Positions 20,805 through 31,677 of a stretch of DNA of 64,000 nt are shown piece by piece. Numbering within the stretch: position 1 is the stretch's first letter; the number at the start of each line of letters is the position of its first letter. The position numbers were made by a program, and so were the translations under genes. The stretch lies in NCBI RefSeq assembly GCF_054482525.1, contig NZ_CM137006.1, one strand, 5' to 3'. The notes below the pieces were generated by a model, which was not told the DNA's origin, ran no database searches, and saw only the letters and a list, made by a program, of their open reading frames with translations.

Positions 20805-23029
20805 TATCGTTCTGCCGTGAAAAGTGTTTGAATATCATCGCGTAACAGCTGAGCGTCGGTGTAAATCCAGCTGTGAGTCATCACAGCCTGCTGCAATTGC
20901 TGCTGCATCAGCCTGACCACCGATTCATTTTGTTGACGCAGAGCCAGGCTTTCGCGTAAACGCGTCTGTAATTCCGTCAAACATGAAGCGAACTCAGCGA
21001 AAAAAGTATTCATGCCTGCCGTAACAGATTCATCGACCTGCTCTGCCAGAACTTTAGCCATTTGTTGGCAATAAAGATCGACTTCTGCGCTTAATGCTCG
21101 TTGCAACACACTGTAATCAACCGTCTCTGTCGGGGATTTCTCATTTCCCCGTCCCCAGTCGGGCTGATTCAACCAGCGCGAAAAAGTCTCACGCACAACG
21201 CCTAAACGCGTGCTCTGCTCGTCCGTTGCTTCCTGGCGCGAAATGACTTCACTGAACAGCTGGCGAGTGTTGAAGTGGGGAACTGCGCCGTGAAAAACAG
21301 GAAAATGAAACCCAGGACGAAACCCTGACTCGCTCAATTCCATTTTGATTTGTTGCTCAATGGGCCGAATAACATCGGTTAACACCCGGCAAAGGGTGGA
21401 TTCCAGCTCGGCAAAACGCAGCGTAAAGTCGCGACTGATGGTGTTCTGCGCCGTCTGTAACAGTGTCTCACAGCGGGTACGAATCTCGCTTAACGGCTCC
21501 GAATCATCCTGAAACAAGGCGGCTAACTGCGCATTCAGCGCATCTTGCTGTTGACGCAGAAAGTGGTTGGCGGAGGTCAGGGCCAGCTCGATTTCATGTT
21601 TAATCTCGCCGCTCACCTGCGCCTGATTGAGTTGCAATAGCTGCAAACTTTCTTCGATCTGATGGATATTTTGCCGCAATTGTTCACAAGCGACGTTTAA
21701 CCCGTGCGCACGAAAATCCAGGTATTCCCGCGCCTGCTGCGCGTAATTCAACAGTTTATGCGCGGCAGATCGCAGAGCATACAACGAGGCGTTAGCGTAA
21801 GCGGCATGAAGCAACGCCTGAATTGGCTGGGCGAACAGCGAATCTTCCCACAACTGATCGGCAGCATGACGAATATGTTCGAGGTCCGCCAGATCGGCAT
21901 GACGCCAGCGCCTGCCGAGCGCGGCATGGGCAAAATCTTCCACCCAGCGTTGTTGCTCTGGCGGTGGTAACTTACCGTTGTTGGCTAACTCATGGCGCGC
22001 CCGATTCGCCAGGTAGCCCCACATCGACGACACCGGAAATATCTGCTGTGGCGTAATACAGCCTTTCATCAGCGTCCCGGAAATCAGTGCCCGCACCTGG
22101 TCGGCGTCGTCACTGTTACGATCCTGTTGATCGAACTTATTGACCAGCACATACAGCGGCACCGATTGCCCCACCGCCAAAATCGCCTCACGGACCTCTT
22201 CATCGGAGATCGATTTCAGTTGCGTATAATCCAGCACCGCCAGTACCGCCGAGGCGCGTGCCAGCTGCTGGTTAAGCATTTTTTGCAGATGCGGTTGCCC
22301 GGCTTCATTTGGCCCAGGGGTATCCAGTAACGTCAACTGACCGGGATAACTCTCCAGCCCCGCCAGATGGACAAACTCCACTTCAATCACGGGAATATAC
22401 TCAATGGCGGCGTAAGCAGAAAAAGGAAAATCGACGTCCAGCGCCTTCGCCAGTCGCACCAAATCATTCAAACTTTTCAGACAATGAAAAATAGGCTGGG
22501 CACCCAGATAATATTTTTCGAAAGCGACGCCATTTTCGATCCGCTGCATAAGCGCACGCATATCTTTATCTATTTCCAGCACATCGGTCAGATGCTTAAT
22601 ATCGCAATCACACAGGCGCTGTTGTAATTTTTGAATTAAACAATCGATTGGCGCGACATGTGAAAAATGCAGTACCGGTTCCTTTTGCCCGGGCGTATGG
22701 CGAATAAGCGTCGGCAGCGCAGTCATTGGGCGATTACGATTAGGCAAAACCTCCGTACCAACAATGGCATTAATGGTAGTTGATTTCCCTGCTTTCATGG
22801 TACCGACAATCGCCAGCACCATTTCCAGTCGGGAAATTTTACGCAACTCATTATTCAGCATCGCGTGACGTTCGGCGATATTAGGCTGACTCCAGGGTAA
22901 AGCCAGTTGTGGCGCATCGTCTCCGGGGACAGAGAGAGGCATTTTTTCCAGTAACTGCAACTGTTGGCGAGAAAGCTGTAACAGGCGTTCAGCCTCCTGA
23001 CTTAACTCATACAGGGTCTGTGTGTACAT
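20801..23029 (-). CDS. crfC: Dynamin-like GTPase CrfC (YjdA), 742 aa
   Basis: Large ORF with N-terminal P-loop (GTMKAGKST) GTPase domain; position between phnA and yjcZ. Confidence 0.85.
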   Translation of the reverse strand: MYTQTLYELSQEAERLLQLSRQQLQLLEKMPLSVPGDDAPQLALPWSQPNIAERHAMLNNELRKISRLEMVLAIVGTMKAGKSTTINAIVGTEVLPNRNRPMTALPTLIRHTPGQKEPVLHFSHVAPIDCLIQKLQQRLCDCDIKHLTDVLEIDKDMRALMQRIENGVAFEKYYLGAQPIFHCLKSLNDLVRLAKALDVDFPFSAYAAIEYIPVIEVEFVHLAGLESYPGQLTLLDTPGPNEAGQPHLQKMLNQQLARASAVLAVLDYTQLKSISDEEVREAILAVGQSVPLYVLVNKFDQQDRNSDDADQVRALISGTLMKGCITPQQIFPVSSMWGYLANRARHELANNGKLPPPEQQRWVEDFAHAALGRRWRHADLADLEHIRHAADQLWEDSLFAQPIQALLHAAYANASLYALRSAAHKLLNYAQQAREYLDFRAHGLNVACEQLRQNIHQIEESLQLLQLNQAQVSGEIKHEIELALTSANHFLRQQQDALNAQLAALFQDDSEPLSEIRTRCETLLQTAQNTISRDFTLRFAELESTLCRVLTDVIRPIEQQIKMELSESGFRPGFHFPVFHGAVPHFNTRQLFSEVISRQEATDEQSTRLGVVRETFSRWLNQPDWGRGNEKSPTETVDYSVLQRALSAEVDLYCQQMAKVLAEQVDESVTAGMNTFFAEFASCLTELQTRLRESLALRQQNESVVRLMQQQLQQAVMTHSWIYTDAQLLRDDIQTLFTAERY

Positions 23030-23352
23030 AGAAAATTCTTCCTTAAAGCAAATTTTGTTACTTTTATTTAGCCAGATTGTTTTTGAGTTCTGTTTTCGGC
23101 TTTTATAATTACTGCAAGAAATAATTTTATATTTAGCGTGTTGTTTTTTATTAGAATAAATAACGTCTTCCGATACGTTTAAAACGTCAGAAAGATAAAA
23201 ATATCATTTGAATTAAAAAAAGAACAAGTAGAGCATTAACCTTATCTTAAATAATAAATGGAGGCAAAAAGATTATTTTCTTTTTGCGTTTCCTTTCAAA
23301 TGAAAACGATCGTCGTCTAAAATCAGCAGTACCCCCGACAAACTCAGGGATT

Positions 23353-23362
23353 TTGTGTATAA
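23353..23362 (+). promoter_or_regulatory. Candidate extended -10 element (tgtgtataat) upstream of phnA
   Basis: TGnTATAAT match read from sequence in AT-rich intergenic region; no -35 verified. Confidence 0.3.
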
Positions 23363-23430
23363 TTGCGGCCTTTTTCGGCAATCTGCCGTTTTTTGGCGCT
23401 TTTGCCCTGCTGACTTTTGAGGAAATCCAC

Positions 23431-23766
23431 ATGTCATTACCACACTGCCCAAAATGCAACTCCGAATACACCTACGAAGATAACGGCATGTACATCTGCC
23501 CGGAATGTGCCTACGAATGGAACGACGCAGAACCTGCAGAGGAAAGCGACGAGCTGATCGTTAAAGATGCTAACGGCAATCTGCTGGCTGACGGCGACAG
23601 CGTTACCATCATTAAAGATCTGAAGGTGAAAGGTAGCTCTTCGATGCTGAAAATTGGCACCAAAGTGAAAAACATCCGCCTGGTTGAAGGCGACCATAAC
23701 ATCGATTGCAAAATCGACGGTTTTGGTCCGATGAAACTGAAATCTGAGTTTGTGAAAAAGAACTGA
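23431..23766 (+). CDS. phnA: Zinc-ribbon protein PhnA (YjdM), 111 aa
   Basis: [30 protein letters not shown]… with CxxC…CxxC motifs; listed ORF extends further upstream but real start is ATG at 23431. Confidence 0.88.
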   Translation: MSLPHCPKCNSEYTYEDNGMYICPECAYEWNDAEPAEESDELIVKDANGNLLADGDSVTIIKDLKVKGSSSMLKIGTKVKNIRLVEGDHNIDCKIDGFGPMKLKSEFVKKN

Positions 23767-23782
23767 TTGTATTGTGATCGGT

Positions 23783-23862
23783 AAGCCGGATAAGGCGCTC
23801 GCGCCGCATCCGGCAACGATGCCGACAGCCTGATGCGACGCTGACCGCGTCTTATCAGGCTT
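23783..23862. repeat. REP/BIME cluster (two REP palindromes)
   Basis: gccggataaggcgctcgcgccgcatccggc and gcctgatgcgacgctgaccgcgtcttatcaggc motifs. Confidence 0.75.
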
Positions 23863-23925
23863 CCCTCTCATCTGTATAAATTTCGAACTACACTTAACTG
23901 GCTTCTCTTAACTGAGGTCACCATC

Positions 23926-24369
23926 ATGCCGTTAAGTCCCTACCTCTCTTTTGCCGGTAACTGTGCCGACGCAATTGCTTATTATCAACGTACGTTGGGC
24001 GCTGAACTGCTCTATAAAATCAGCTTCGGCGAAATGCCAAAATCAGCGCAGGACAGCGCCGAGAACTGCCCTTCCGGAATGCAATTTCCCGATACCGCCA
24101 TCGCTCATGCCAACGTGCGCATTGCCGGAAGCGATATCATGATGAGCGATGCTATACCGTCAGGAAAAGCCAGCTACTCCGGCTTTACGCTGGTGCTCGA
24201 TTCGCAACAGGTCGAAGAAGGGAAACGCTGGTTTGACAATCTTGCCGCCAACGGAAAAATCGAAATGGCATGGCAGGAAACTTTCTGGGCGCATGGCTTC
24301 GGCAAAGTCACTGATAAATTTGGCGTACCGTGGATGATTAATGTCGTCAAACAACAACCAACGCAATAA
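23926..24369 (+). CDS. phnB: Glyoxalase/bleomycin-resistance fold protein PhnB (YjdN), 147 aa
   Basis: ORF upstream of phnC; matches K-12 phnB by position and length. Confidence 0.82.
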   Translation: MPLSPYLSFAGNCADAIAYYQRTLGAELLYKISFGEMPKSAQDSAENCPSGMQFPDTAIAHANVRIAGSDIMMSDAIPSGKASYSGFTLVLDSQQVEEGKRWFDNLAANGKIEMAWQETFWAHGFGKVTDKFGVPWMINVVKQQPTQ

Positions 24370-24404
24370 TCCGCCGGGAGGCCCGCCCTCCCGCACTGTC
24401 ATCG

Positions 24405-24465
24405 AATTCCCGTTAACTCTTCATCTGTTAGTCACTTTTAATTAACCAAATCGTCACAATAATCC
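24405..24465 (+). promoter_or_regulatory. phnC promoter region with probable Pho box (ctgttagtcacttttaattaaccaaatcgtcacaat)
   Basis: Direct-repeat TGTCA-like half sites with 11 bp periodicity upstream of phnC; PhoB control of phn operon is established; exact site boundaries inferred. Confidence 0.45.
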
Positions 24466-24501
24466 GCCACGATGGAGCCACTTTTTTAGGGAGTCTGCAT
24501 C

Positions 24502-25290
24502 ATGCAAACGATTATCCGTGTCGAGAAGCTCGCCAAAACCTTCAATCAGCATCAGGCGCTGCACGCGGTTGATCTGAACATTCATCACGGTGAAATGGTG
24601 GCTCTGCTTGGGCCGTCGGGTTCCGGCAAATCCACCCTTTTACGTCACTTAAGCGGTTTGATTACCGGCGATAAATCTGCCGGTAGCCATATCGAGCTGC
24701 TGGGCCGCACAGTCCAGCGCGAAGGCCGCCTGGCCCGCGATATCCGCAAAAGCCGCGCCAACACCGGCTACATCTTCCAACAATTCAACCTGGTGAATCG
24801 CCTGAGCGTACTGGAGAACGTGCTGATTGGCGCGCTCGGCAGCACGCCATTCTGGCGCACCTGTTTTAGCTACTTCACCCGCGAGCAGAAACAGCGCGCG
24901 TTACAGGCGCTGACCCGCGTTGGCATGGTGCATTTTGCCCATCAGCGCGTTTCCACCCTCTCCGGCGGACAGCAGCAGCGTGTGGCGATTGCCCGCGCGC
25001 TGATGCAGCAGGCGAAGGTGATTCTGGCGGACGAACCCATCGCCTCGCTGGACCCGGAATCAGCGCGCATCGTGATGGACACCCTGCGCGACATCAACCA
25101 GAACGACGGCATTACCGTGGTCGTCACGCTGCATCAGGTGGATTACGCCCTGCGCTACTGCGAACGCATCGTCGCCCTGCGCCAGGGGCACGTCTTCTAC
25201 GACGGCAGCAGCCAACAGTTTGATAACGAACGCTTTGATCATCTCTATCGCAGCATCAACCGCGTCGAAGAGAACGCGAAAGCTGCCTGA
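24502..25290 (+). CDS. phnC: Phosphonate ABC transporter ATP-binding protein PhnC, 262 aa
   Basis: Walker [13 protein letters not shown] signature LSGGQQQR. Confidence 0.93.
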   Translation: MQTIIRVEKLAKTFNQHQALHAVDLNIHHGEMVALLGPSGSGKSTLLRHLSGLITGDKSAGSHIELLGRTVQREGRLARDIRKSRANTGYIFQQFNLVNRLSVLENVLIGALGSTPFWRTCFSYFTREQKQRALQALTRVGMVHFAHQRVSTLSGGQQQRVAIARALMQQAKVILADEPIASLDPESARIVMDTLRDINQNDGITVVVTLHQVDYALRYCERIVALRQGHVFYDGSSQQFDNERFDHLYRSINRVEENAKAA

Positions 25291-25314
25291 CATCCCCATC
25301 ATTGAGGAAAACGA

Positions 25315-26331
25315 ATGAACGCTAAGATAATTGCCTCGCTGGCCTTCACCAGCATGTTCAGCCTCAGCACCCTGTTAAGCCCGGCGCACGCCGAAGAGCA
25401 GGAAAAGGCGTTGAATTTCGGCATTATTTCAACGGAATCACAGCAAAACCTGAAACCGCAATGGACGCCGTTCTTACAGGATATGGAGAAGAAGCTGGGC
25501 GTAAAGGTCAACGCCTTCTTTGCCCCGGACTACGCGGGCATTATCCAGGGGATGCGCTTCAATAAAGTGGATATCGCCTGGTACGGCAATCTGTCGGCGA
25601 TGGAAGCGGTGGATCGCGCCAACGGTCAGGTCTTCGCCCAGACGGTCGCGGCGGATGGATCGCCGGGTTACTGGAGCGTGTTGATCGTCAACAAAGATAG
25701 TCCGATCAACAACCTGAACGATCTGCTGGCGAAGCGTAAAGATCTCACCTTCGGCAATGGCGATCCTAACTCCACCTCTGGCTTCCTCGTCCCCGGCTAC
25801 TACGTCTTCGCCAAAAACAATATCTCCGCCAGCGACTTCAAGCGCACCGTCAACGCCGGGCATGAAACCAACGCGCTGGCCGTCGCCAACAAGCAGGTGG
25901 ATGTGGCGACCAACAACACCGAAAACCTCGACAAGCTGAAAACCTCCGCACCGGAGAAGCTCAAAGAACTGAAGGTGATCTGGAAATCGCCGCTGATCCC
26001 AGGCGATCCGATCGTCTGGCGCAAAAATCTGTCCGAAACCACCAAAGACAAGATCTACGACTTCTTTATGAACTACGGCAAAACGCCGGAAGAGAAAGCG
26101 GTGCTGGAGCGCCTGGGCTGGGCCCCGTTCCGCGCCTCCAGCGACCTGCAACTGGTGCCGATTCGCCAGCTCGCGCTGTTTAAAGAGATGCAGGGCGTGA
26201 AAGGCAATAAAGGGCTGAATGAGCAGGACAAGCTGGCAAAAACCACCGAGATTCAGGCGCAGCTGGATGACCTGGACCGCCTGAACAACACGTTAAGCGC
26301 GATGAGTTCGGTAAGTAAAGCGGTGCAGTAA
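25315..26331 (+). CDS. phnD: Phosphonate ABC transporter periplasmic binding protein PhnD, 338 aa
   Basis: Signal peptide then binding-protein fold; operon position. Confidence 0.92.
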   Translation: MNAKIIASLAFTSMFSLSTLLSPAHAEEQEKALNFGIISTESQQNLKPQWTPFLQDMEKKLGVKVNAFFAPDYAGIIQGMRFNKVDIAWYGNLSAMEAVDRANGQVFAQTVAADGSPGYWSVLIVNKDSPINNLNDLLAKRKDLTFGNGDPNSTSGFLVPGYYVFAKNNISASDFKRTVNAGHETNALAVANKQVDVATNNTENLDKLKTSAPEKLKELKVIWKSPLIPGDPIVWRKNLSETTKDKIYDFFMNYGKTPEEKAVLERLGWAPFRASSDLQLVPIRQLALFKEMQGVKGNKGLNEQDKLAKTTEIQAQLDDLDRLNNTLSAMSSVSKAVQ

Positions 26332-26334
26332 TGT

Positions 26335-26452
26335 GCTCGATCGGTCCCCTCTCCCTTGAGGGAGAGGGTTAGGGTGAGGGGGAAATGCGCACGCTGATGC
26401 CCTCACCCCGGCCCTCTCCCACAGGGAGAGGGAGAAAACATTAAACGGAGCA
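26335..26452. repeat. GC-rich palindromic intergenic repeat (Box C/RSA-like; units cccctctccc…gggagaggg and ccctcacccc)
   Basis: Read directly; a permuted inverted copy occurs at 35336..35490. Confidence 0.7.
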
Positions 26453-26456
26453 ATAT

Positions 26457-27236
26457 ATGCAAACCATCACCATCGCCCCACCCAAGCGCAGCTGGTTCGC
26501 GCTTCTGAGCTGGGCCATTGTTCTCGCCGTGCTGGTCGTCTCGTGGCAGGGCGCGGAAATGGCCCCGCTCACGCTGATTAAAGGCGGCGGCAACATGGCG
26601 ACGTTCGCCGCCGACTTCTTCCCGCCCGATTTCAGCCAGTGGCAGGATTACCTCACCGAAATGGCCGTCACGCTGCAAATCGCCGTCTGGGGCACCGCGC
26701 TGGCGGTGGTTCTCTCCATCCCCTTTGGCCTGATGAGCGCCGAAAACCTGGTGCCGTGGTGGGTTTACCAGCCCGTTCGCCGCCTGATGGACGCCTGCCG
26801 CGCCATTAACGAGATGGTCTTCGCCATGCTGTTCGTGGTCGCCGTCGGTCTCGGTCCGTTCGCTGGCGTACTGGCGCTGTTTATCCACACCACCGGCGTG
26901 CTCTCCAAACTGCTTTCCGAAGCGGTAGAAGCAATTGAACCCGGCCCGGTGGAAGGTATTCGCGCCACCGGTGCCAACAAGCTCGAAGAGATCCTCTACG
27001 GCGTGCTGCCGCAGGTGATGCCGCTGCTGATCTCCTACTCCCTCTATCGCTTCGAATCCAACGTCCGTTCGGCCACCGTTGTTGGCATGGTCGGCGCGGG
27101 CGGGCTCGGCGTCACCCTGTGGGAAGCGATTCGCGGTTTCCAGTTCCAGCAAACCTGCGCCCTGATGGTGCTGATTATCGTCACTGTCAGCCTGCTGGAT
27201 TTCCTCTCTCAACGGTTGCGTAAGCACTTTATCTGA
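26457..27236 (+). CDS. phnE: Phosphonate ABC transporter permease PhnE, uninterrupted 259 aa ORF
   Basis: Continuous ORF with EAA-type permease region; no frameshift seen. Confidence 0.88.
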   Translation: MQTITIAPPKRSWFALLSWAIVLAVLVVSWQGAEMAPLTLIKGGGNMATFAADFFPPDFSQWQDYLTEMAVTLQIAVWGTALAVVLSIPFGLMSAENLVPWWVYQPVRRLMDACRAINEMVFAMLFVVAVGLGPFAGVLALFIHTTGVLSKLLSEAVEAIEPGPVEGIRATGANKLEEILYGVLPQVMPLLISYSLYRFESNVRSATVVGMVGAGGLGVTLWEAIRGFQFQQTCALMVLIIVTVSLLDFLSQRLRKHFI

Positions 27237-27256
27237 TAAGCGAGGCATTGATAGCT

Positions 27257-27982
27257 ATGCACTTGTCTACACATCCGACCAGCTACCCAACACGCTATCA
27301 GGAGATAGCCGCAAAACTTGAGCAGGAGCTTCGTCAACACTACCGCTGCGGCGACTATCTTCCCGCCGAGCAGCAACTGGCGGCGCGCTTTGAGGTGAAC
27401 CGCCACACCCTGCGCCGCGCCATCGACCAACTGGTGGAAAAAGGCTGGGTACAGCGCCGTCAGGGCGTCGGCGTGCTGGTGCTGATGCGCCCGTTCGATT
27501 ACCCGCTCAACGCCCAGGCGCGTTTTAGCCAGAACCTGCTGGATCAGGGCAGCCATCCCACCAGCGAAAAACTGCTGTCTGTGCTGCGCCCGGCCTCCGG
27601 TCACGTCGCTGACGCGCTGGGGATAACCGAAGGCGAGAACGTTATCCACCTGCGCACCCTGCGCCGGGTCAACGGCGTCGCGCTCTGTTTAATCGACCAC
27701 TACTTTGCGGACCTCACCCTCTGGCCGACGCTGCAACGCTTCGACAGCGGCTCGCTGCACGATTTTCTGCGCGAGCAAACGGGGATTGCGCTGCGCCGCA
27801 GCCAGACGCGGATCAGCGCCCGCCGCGCCCAGGCCAAAGAGTGCCAGCGTCTTGAAATCCCGAATATGTCGCCGCTGCTGTGCGTGCGCACCCTTAACCA
27901 CCGTGACGGTGAAAGCAGCCCGGCGGAGTACTCCGTCAGCCTGACGCGCGCCGACATGATTGAATTCACTATGGAGCACTGA
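27257..27982 (+). CDS. phnF: GntR-family repressor PhnF, 241 aa
   Basis: N-terminal winged HTH, UTRA-like C-terminus; start at MHLSTHP. Confidence 0.9.
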   Translation: MHLSTHPTSYPTRYQEIAAKLEQELRQHYRCGDYLPAEQQLAARFEVNRHTLRRAIDQLVEKGWVQRRQGVGVLVLMRPFDYPLNAQARFSQNLLDQGSHPTSEKLLSVLRPASGHVADALGITEGENVIHLRTLRRVNGVALCLIDHYFADLTLWPTLQRFDSGSLHDFLREQTGIALRRSQTRISARRAQAKECQRLEIPNMSPLLCVRTLNHRDGESSPAEYSVSLTRADMIEFTMEH

Positions 27983-28435
27983 ATGCACGCAGATACCGCG
28001 ACCCGCCAGCACTGGATGTCCGTACTGGCACACAGCCAACCGGCTGAACTGGCAGCCCGCCTGAAGGCGCTGAACATCACTGCCGACTATGAAGTAATCC
28101 GCGCCGCTGAAACCGGCCTGGTGCAGATTCAGGCGCGGATGGGTGGCACCGGCGAACGCTTTTTTGCTGGCGACGCCACGCTCACCCGCGCCGCCGTACG
28201 CCTGACTGACGGCACGCTCGGCTACAGCTGGGTGCTGGGGCGCGACAAACAGCACGCCGAACGCTGCGCGCTGATCGACGCGCTGATGCAGCAAACCCGC
28301 CATTTTCAAAACTTATCAGAAACTCTTATTGCCCCGCTGAACGCTGACCGTATGGCACGCATTGCCGCACGCCAGGCCGAAGTAAACGCCAGCCGGGTCG
28401 ACTTCTTTACGATGGTTCGCGGAGATAACGCATGA
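27983..28435 (+). CDS. phnG: C-P lyase core complex subunit PhnG, 150 aa
   Basis: Operon position and length; start abuts phnF stop. Confidence 0.9.
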   Translation: MHADTATRQHWMSVLAHSQPAELAARLKALNITADYEVIRAAETGLVQIQARMGGTGERFFAGDATLTRAAVRLTDGTLGYSWVLGRDKQHAERCALIDALMQQTRHFQNLSETLIAPLNADRMARIAARQAEVNASRVDFFTMVRGDNA

Positions 28436-29016
28436 CCCTGGAAACCGCTTTTATGCTTCCCGTGCAGGATGCCCAGCACAGTTTTCGTCGCCTGTTAAAG
28501 GCCATGAGCGAGCCGGGCGTGATTGTCGCCCTGCATCAGCTCAAGCGCGGCTGGCAGCCGCTGAATATCGCCACCACCAGCGTGCTGCTGACGCTGGCCG
28601 ATAACGACACGCCGGTGTGGCTTTCTGCGCCATTAAGTAACGATATCGTCAGCCAGAGCCTGCGTTTTCATACCAACGCGCCGCTGGTCAGCCAGCCGGA
28701 ACTGGCGACCTTCGCGGTAACGGATGAGGCGATTTCCAGCGAACAGCTCAACGCTCTTTCCAGCGGCACCGCTGTTGCGCCGGAAGCGGGCGCGACGCTG
28801 ATTTTACAGGTCGTCAGCCTGAGCGGCGGGCGCATGCTGCGCCTTACTGGCGCGGGTATTGCCGAAGAACGAATGATCGCTCCGCAGCTGCCGGAGTGCA
28901 TTCTGCACGAACTCACCGAGCGCCCGCACCCGTTCCCGCTCGGCATCGACCTGATCCTGACCTGCGGCGAGCGGCTGCTGGCTATCCCGCGAACCACTCA
29001 TGTGGAGGTGTGCTGA
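28432..29016 (+). CDS. phnH: C-P lyase core complex subunit PhnH, 194 aa
   Basis: 4-bp overlap with phnG; operon position. Confidence 0.9.
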   Translation: MTLETAFMLPVQDAQHSFRRLLKAMSEPGVIVALHQLKRGWQPLNIATTSVLLTLADNDTPVWLSAPLSNDIVSQSLRFHTNAPLVSQPELATFAVTDEAISSEQLNALSSGTAVAPEAGATLILQVVSLSGGRMLRLTGAGIAEERMIAPQLPECILHELTERPHPFPLGIDLILTCGERLLAIPRTTHVEVC

Positions 29017-30080
29017 TGTACGTTGCCGTGAAAGGGGGCGAGAAGGCGATCGACGCCGCCCACGCCCTGCAAGAGAGCCGACGCCGGGGCAATACCGATT
29101 TGCCTGAACTGAGCGTCGCCCAGATTGAACAGCAGCTTAACCTTGCGGTGGATCGCGTGATGACCGAAGGCGGCATTGCCGACCGCGAACTGGCGGCGCT
29201 GGCGCTGAAACAGGCCAGCGGCGATAACGTCGAAGCGATTTTCCTGCTGCGCGCCTACCGCACCACGCTGGCGAAGCTCGCGGTAAGCGAGCCGCTCGAC
29301 ACCACGGAGATGCGCTTCGAACGGCGTATTTCAGCGGTTTATAAAGATATTCCCGGCGGTCAGTTGCTTGGCCCAACCTACGACTACACCCATCGCCTGC
29401 TCGATTTCACCCTGCTGGCAAACGGCGAAGCGCCGACGCTGACCACCGCCGACAGCGCACAACAGCCGTCGCCGCACGTTTTCAGCCTGCTGGCGCGTCA
29501 GGGGCTGGCGAAGTTTGAGGAGGATAGCGGCGCACAGCCGGATGACATCACCCGCACGCCGCCGGTTTACCCCTGCTCACGCTCCTCCCGCCTGCAACAA
29601 TTAATGCGCGGGGACGAAGGCTATTTGCTGGCGCTGGCCTACTCCACCCAGCGTGGTTACGGGCGCAATCACCCGTTCGCGGGCGAGATCCGCAGTGGCT
29701 ATATCGACGTGTCTATTGTGCCGGAAGAGCTGGGATTTGCGGTGAACGTCGGCGAACTGCTGATGACCGAATGTGAAATGGTCAACGGTTTTATCGACCC
29801 GCCGGATGAGCCGCCGCACTTCACGCGCGGCTACGGACTGGTGTTCGGCATGAGCGAGCGCAAAGCGATGGCAATGGCGCTGGTTGACCGTGCGTTGCAG
29901 GCTCCGGAGTACGGCGAGCACGCGACAGGCCCGGCGCAGGATGAAGAGTTCGTGCTGGCGCATGCCGACAACGTCGAAGCCGCAGGCTTTGTCTCGCACC
30001 TCAAACTCCCCCACTACGTCGATTTCCAGGCCGAACTGGAGCTACTCAAATGTCTGCAACAGGAGCAGAACCATGGCTAA
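29016..30080 (+). CDS. phnI: C-P lyase subunit PhnI (ribosyl-triphosphate forming), 354 aa
   Basis: Start at ATG 29016 ([16 protein letters not shown]…), overlapping phnH stop; the listed ORF starts at an upstream GTG. Confidence 0.9.
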   Translation: MYVAVKGGEKAIDAAHALQESRRRGNTDLPELSVAQIEQQLNLAVDRVMTEGGIADRELAALALKQASGDNVEAIFLLRAYRTTLAKLAVSEPLDTTEMRFERRISAVYKDIPGGQLLGPTYDYTHRLLDFTLLANGEAPTLTTADSAQQPSPHVFSLLARQGLAKFEEDSGAQPDDITRTPPVYPCSRSSRLQQLMRGDEGYLLALAYSTQRGYGRNHPFAGEIRSGYIDVSIVPEELGFAVNVGELLMTECEMVNGFIDPPDEPPHFTRGYGLVFGMSERKAMAMALVDRALQAPEYGEHATGPAQDEEFVLAHADNVEAAGFVSHLKLPHYVDFQAELELLKCLQQEQNHG

Positions 30081-30918
30081 TCTGAGCGGCTACAACTTTG
30101 CTTACCTCGACGAGCAGACCAAACGCATGATCCGCCGCGCCATCTTAAAAGCGGTGGCGATCCCCGGTTATCAGGTGCCGTTTGGCGGGCGCGAGATGCC
30201 GATGCCGTACGGCTGGGGAACTGGTGGTATCCAGCTAACCGCCAGCGTGATTGGCGAAAGCGACGTGTTGAAGGTGATTGACCAGGGCGCGGATGACACC
30301 ACCAACGCCGTGTCGATTCGCAACTTCTTTAAGCGCGTGACCGGGGTAAACACCACTGAACGTACGGACGATGCGACGCTTATCCAGACGCGCCACCGCA
30401 TCCCCGAAACGTCGCTGACCGAAGATCAGATCATTATTTTCCAGGTACCGATCCCCGAACCGATGCGCTTTATCGAGCCGCGCGAAACGGAGACCCGCAC
30501 TATGCACGCGCTGGAGGAGTACGGCGTGATGCAGGTGAAGCTGTATGAAGATATCGCCCGCTTCGGTCATATCGCCACCACCTATGCCTATCCGGTGAAG
30601 GTGAACGGGCGCTACGTGATGGACCCGTCGCCGATCCCGAAATTCGATAACCCGAAAATGGACATGATGCCCGCCCTGCAACTGTTCGGCGCGGGGCGCG
30701 AGAAGCGCATCTATGCGGTGCCGCCGTTTACCCGCGTGGAAAGCCTCGATTTCGACGATCACCCGTTCACCGTTCAGCAGTGGAATGAGCCATGCGCCAT
30801 CTGCGGATCGACCCACAGCTATCTTGATGAAGTGGTGCTGGATGACGCCGGAAACCGCATGTTTGTCTGCTCCGATACCGATTATTGCCGCCAACAGAGC
30901 GAGGCGAAAAGCCAATGA
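30073..30918 (+). CDS. phnJ: C-P lyase catalytic subunit PhnJ (radical SAM-like, Cys-rich C-terminus), 281 aa
   Basis: MANLSGYNFAYLDEQTKRMIRRA…; C-terminal CxxC…C…C cluster. Confidence 0.92.
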   Translation: MANLSGYNFAYLDEQTKRMIRRAILKAVAIPGYQVPFGGREMPMPYGWGTGGIQLTASVIGESDVLKVIDQGADDTTNAVSIRNFFKRVTGVNTTERTDDATLIQTRHRIPETSLTEDQIIIFQVPIPEPMRFIEPRETETRTMHALEEYGVMQVKLYEDIARFGHIATTYAYPVKVNGRYVMDPSPIPKFDNPKMDMMPALQLFGAGREKRIYAVPPFTRVESLDFDDHPFTVQQWNEPCAICGSTHSYLDEVVLDDAGNRMFVCSDTDYCRQQSEAKSQ

Positions 30919-31673
30919 ATCAACCGTTACTTTCGGTCAATAACCTGACCCACCTTTACGCGCCGGGCAAAGGCTTTAGCGATGTCTCTTTTGATTTATG
31001 GCCGGGGGAAGTGCTGGGCATTGTCGGGGAGTCCGGCTCCGGGAAGACCACGCTGCTGAAATCAATCTCCGCGCGCCTGACGCCGCAGCAGGGGGAGATT
31101 CGCTATGAAAACCGCTCCCTCTATGGCATGAGCGAAGCCGACCGCCGCCGTTTACTGCGCACCGAATGGGGCGTGGTACATCAGCATCCGCTCGACGGCC
31201 TGCGCCGCCAGGTGTCGGCAGGCGGCAATATCGGCGAGCGGCTGATGGCGACCGGGGCGCGTCATTACGGCGACATCCGCGCCACCGCGCAGAAGTGGCT
31301 GGAGGAGGTGGAGATTCCCTCCAACCGGATCGACGACCTGCCGACCACCTTTTCCGGCGGTATGCAGCAACGTTTGCAGATTGCCCGCAACCTGGTGACG
31401 CATCCGAAGCTGGTGTTTATGGACGAGCCAACCGGCGGGCTGGATGTATCGGTACAGGCGCGCCTGCTCGATCTGCTGCGCGGTCTGGTGGTGGAGCTGA
31501 ATCTGGCGGTGGTGATTGTCACCCACGATCTGGGCGTCGCCCGCCTGCTGGCGGACCGTTTGCTGGTGATGAAACAGGGGCAAGTGGTGGAGAGTGGGTT
31601 AACCGACCGCGTGCTCGACGACCCGCATCATCCGTATACCCAGCTGCTGGTGTCATCGGTTTTGCAGAATTGA
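30915..31673 (+). CDS. phnK: ABC-type ATPase PhnK, 252 aa
   Basis: Walker [10 protein letters not shown]; start at [15 protein letters not shown]. Confidence 0.9.
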   Translation: MNQPLLSVNNLTHLYAPGKGFSDVSFDLWPGEVLGIVGESGSGKTTLLKSISARLTPQQGEIRYENRSLYGMSEADRRRLLRTEWGVVHQHPLDGLRRQVSAGGNIGERLMATGARHYGDIRATAQKWLEEVEIPSNRIDDLPTTFSGGMQQRLQIARNLVTHPKLVFMDEPTGGLDVSVQARLLDLLRGLVVELNLAVVIVTHDLGVARLLADRLLVMKQGQVVESGLTDRVLDDPHHPYTQLLVSSVLQN

Positions 31674-31677
31674 GCCA

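Noticed and set aside
23284-23430. N-terminal extension of phnA suggested by the six-frame ORF (160 aa)
   Set aside because: Extension is AT-rich promoter-like DNA with no RBS; the conserved zinc-ribbon protein starts at ATG 23431 (MSLPHCPKC).
26335-26452. GC-rich palindromes as possible integron attC or phage att sites
   Set aside because: No integrase or cassette structure nearby; the motifs recur in an ordinary intergenic context and fit known E. coli dispersed intergenic repeat families.
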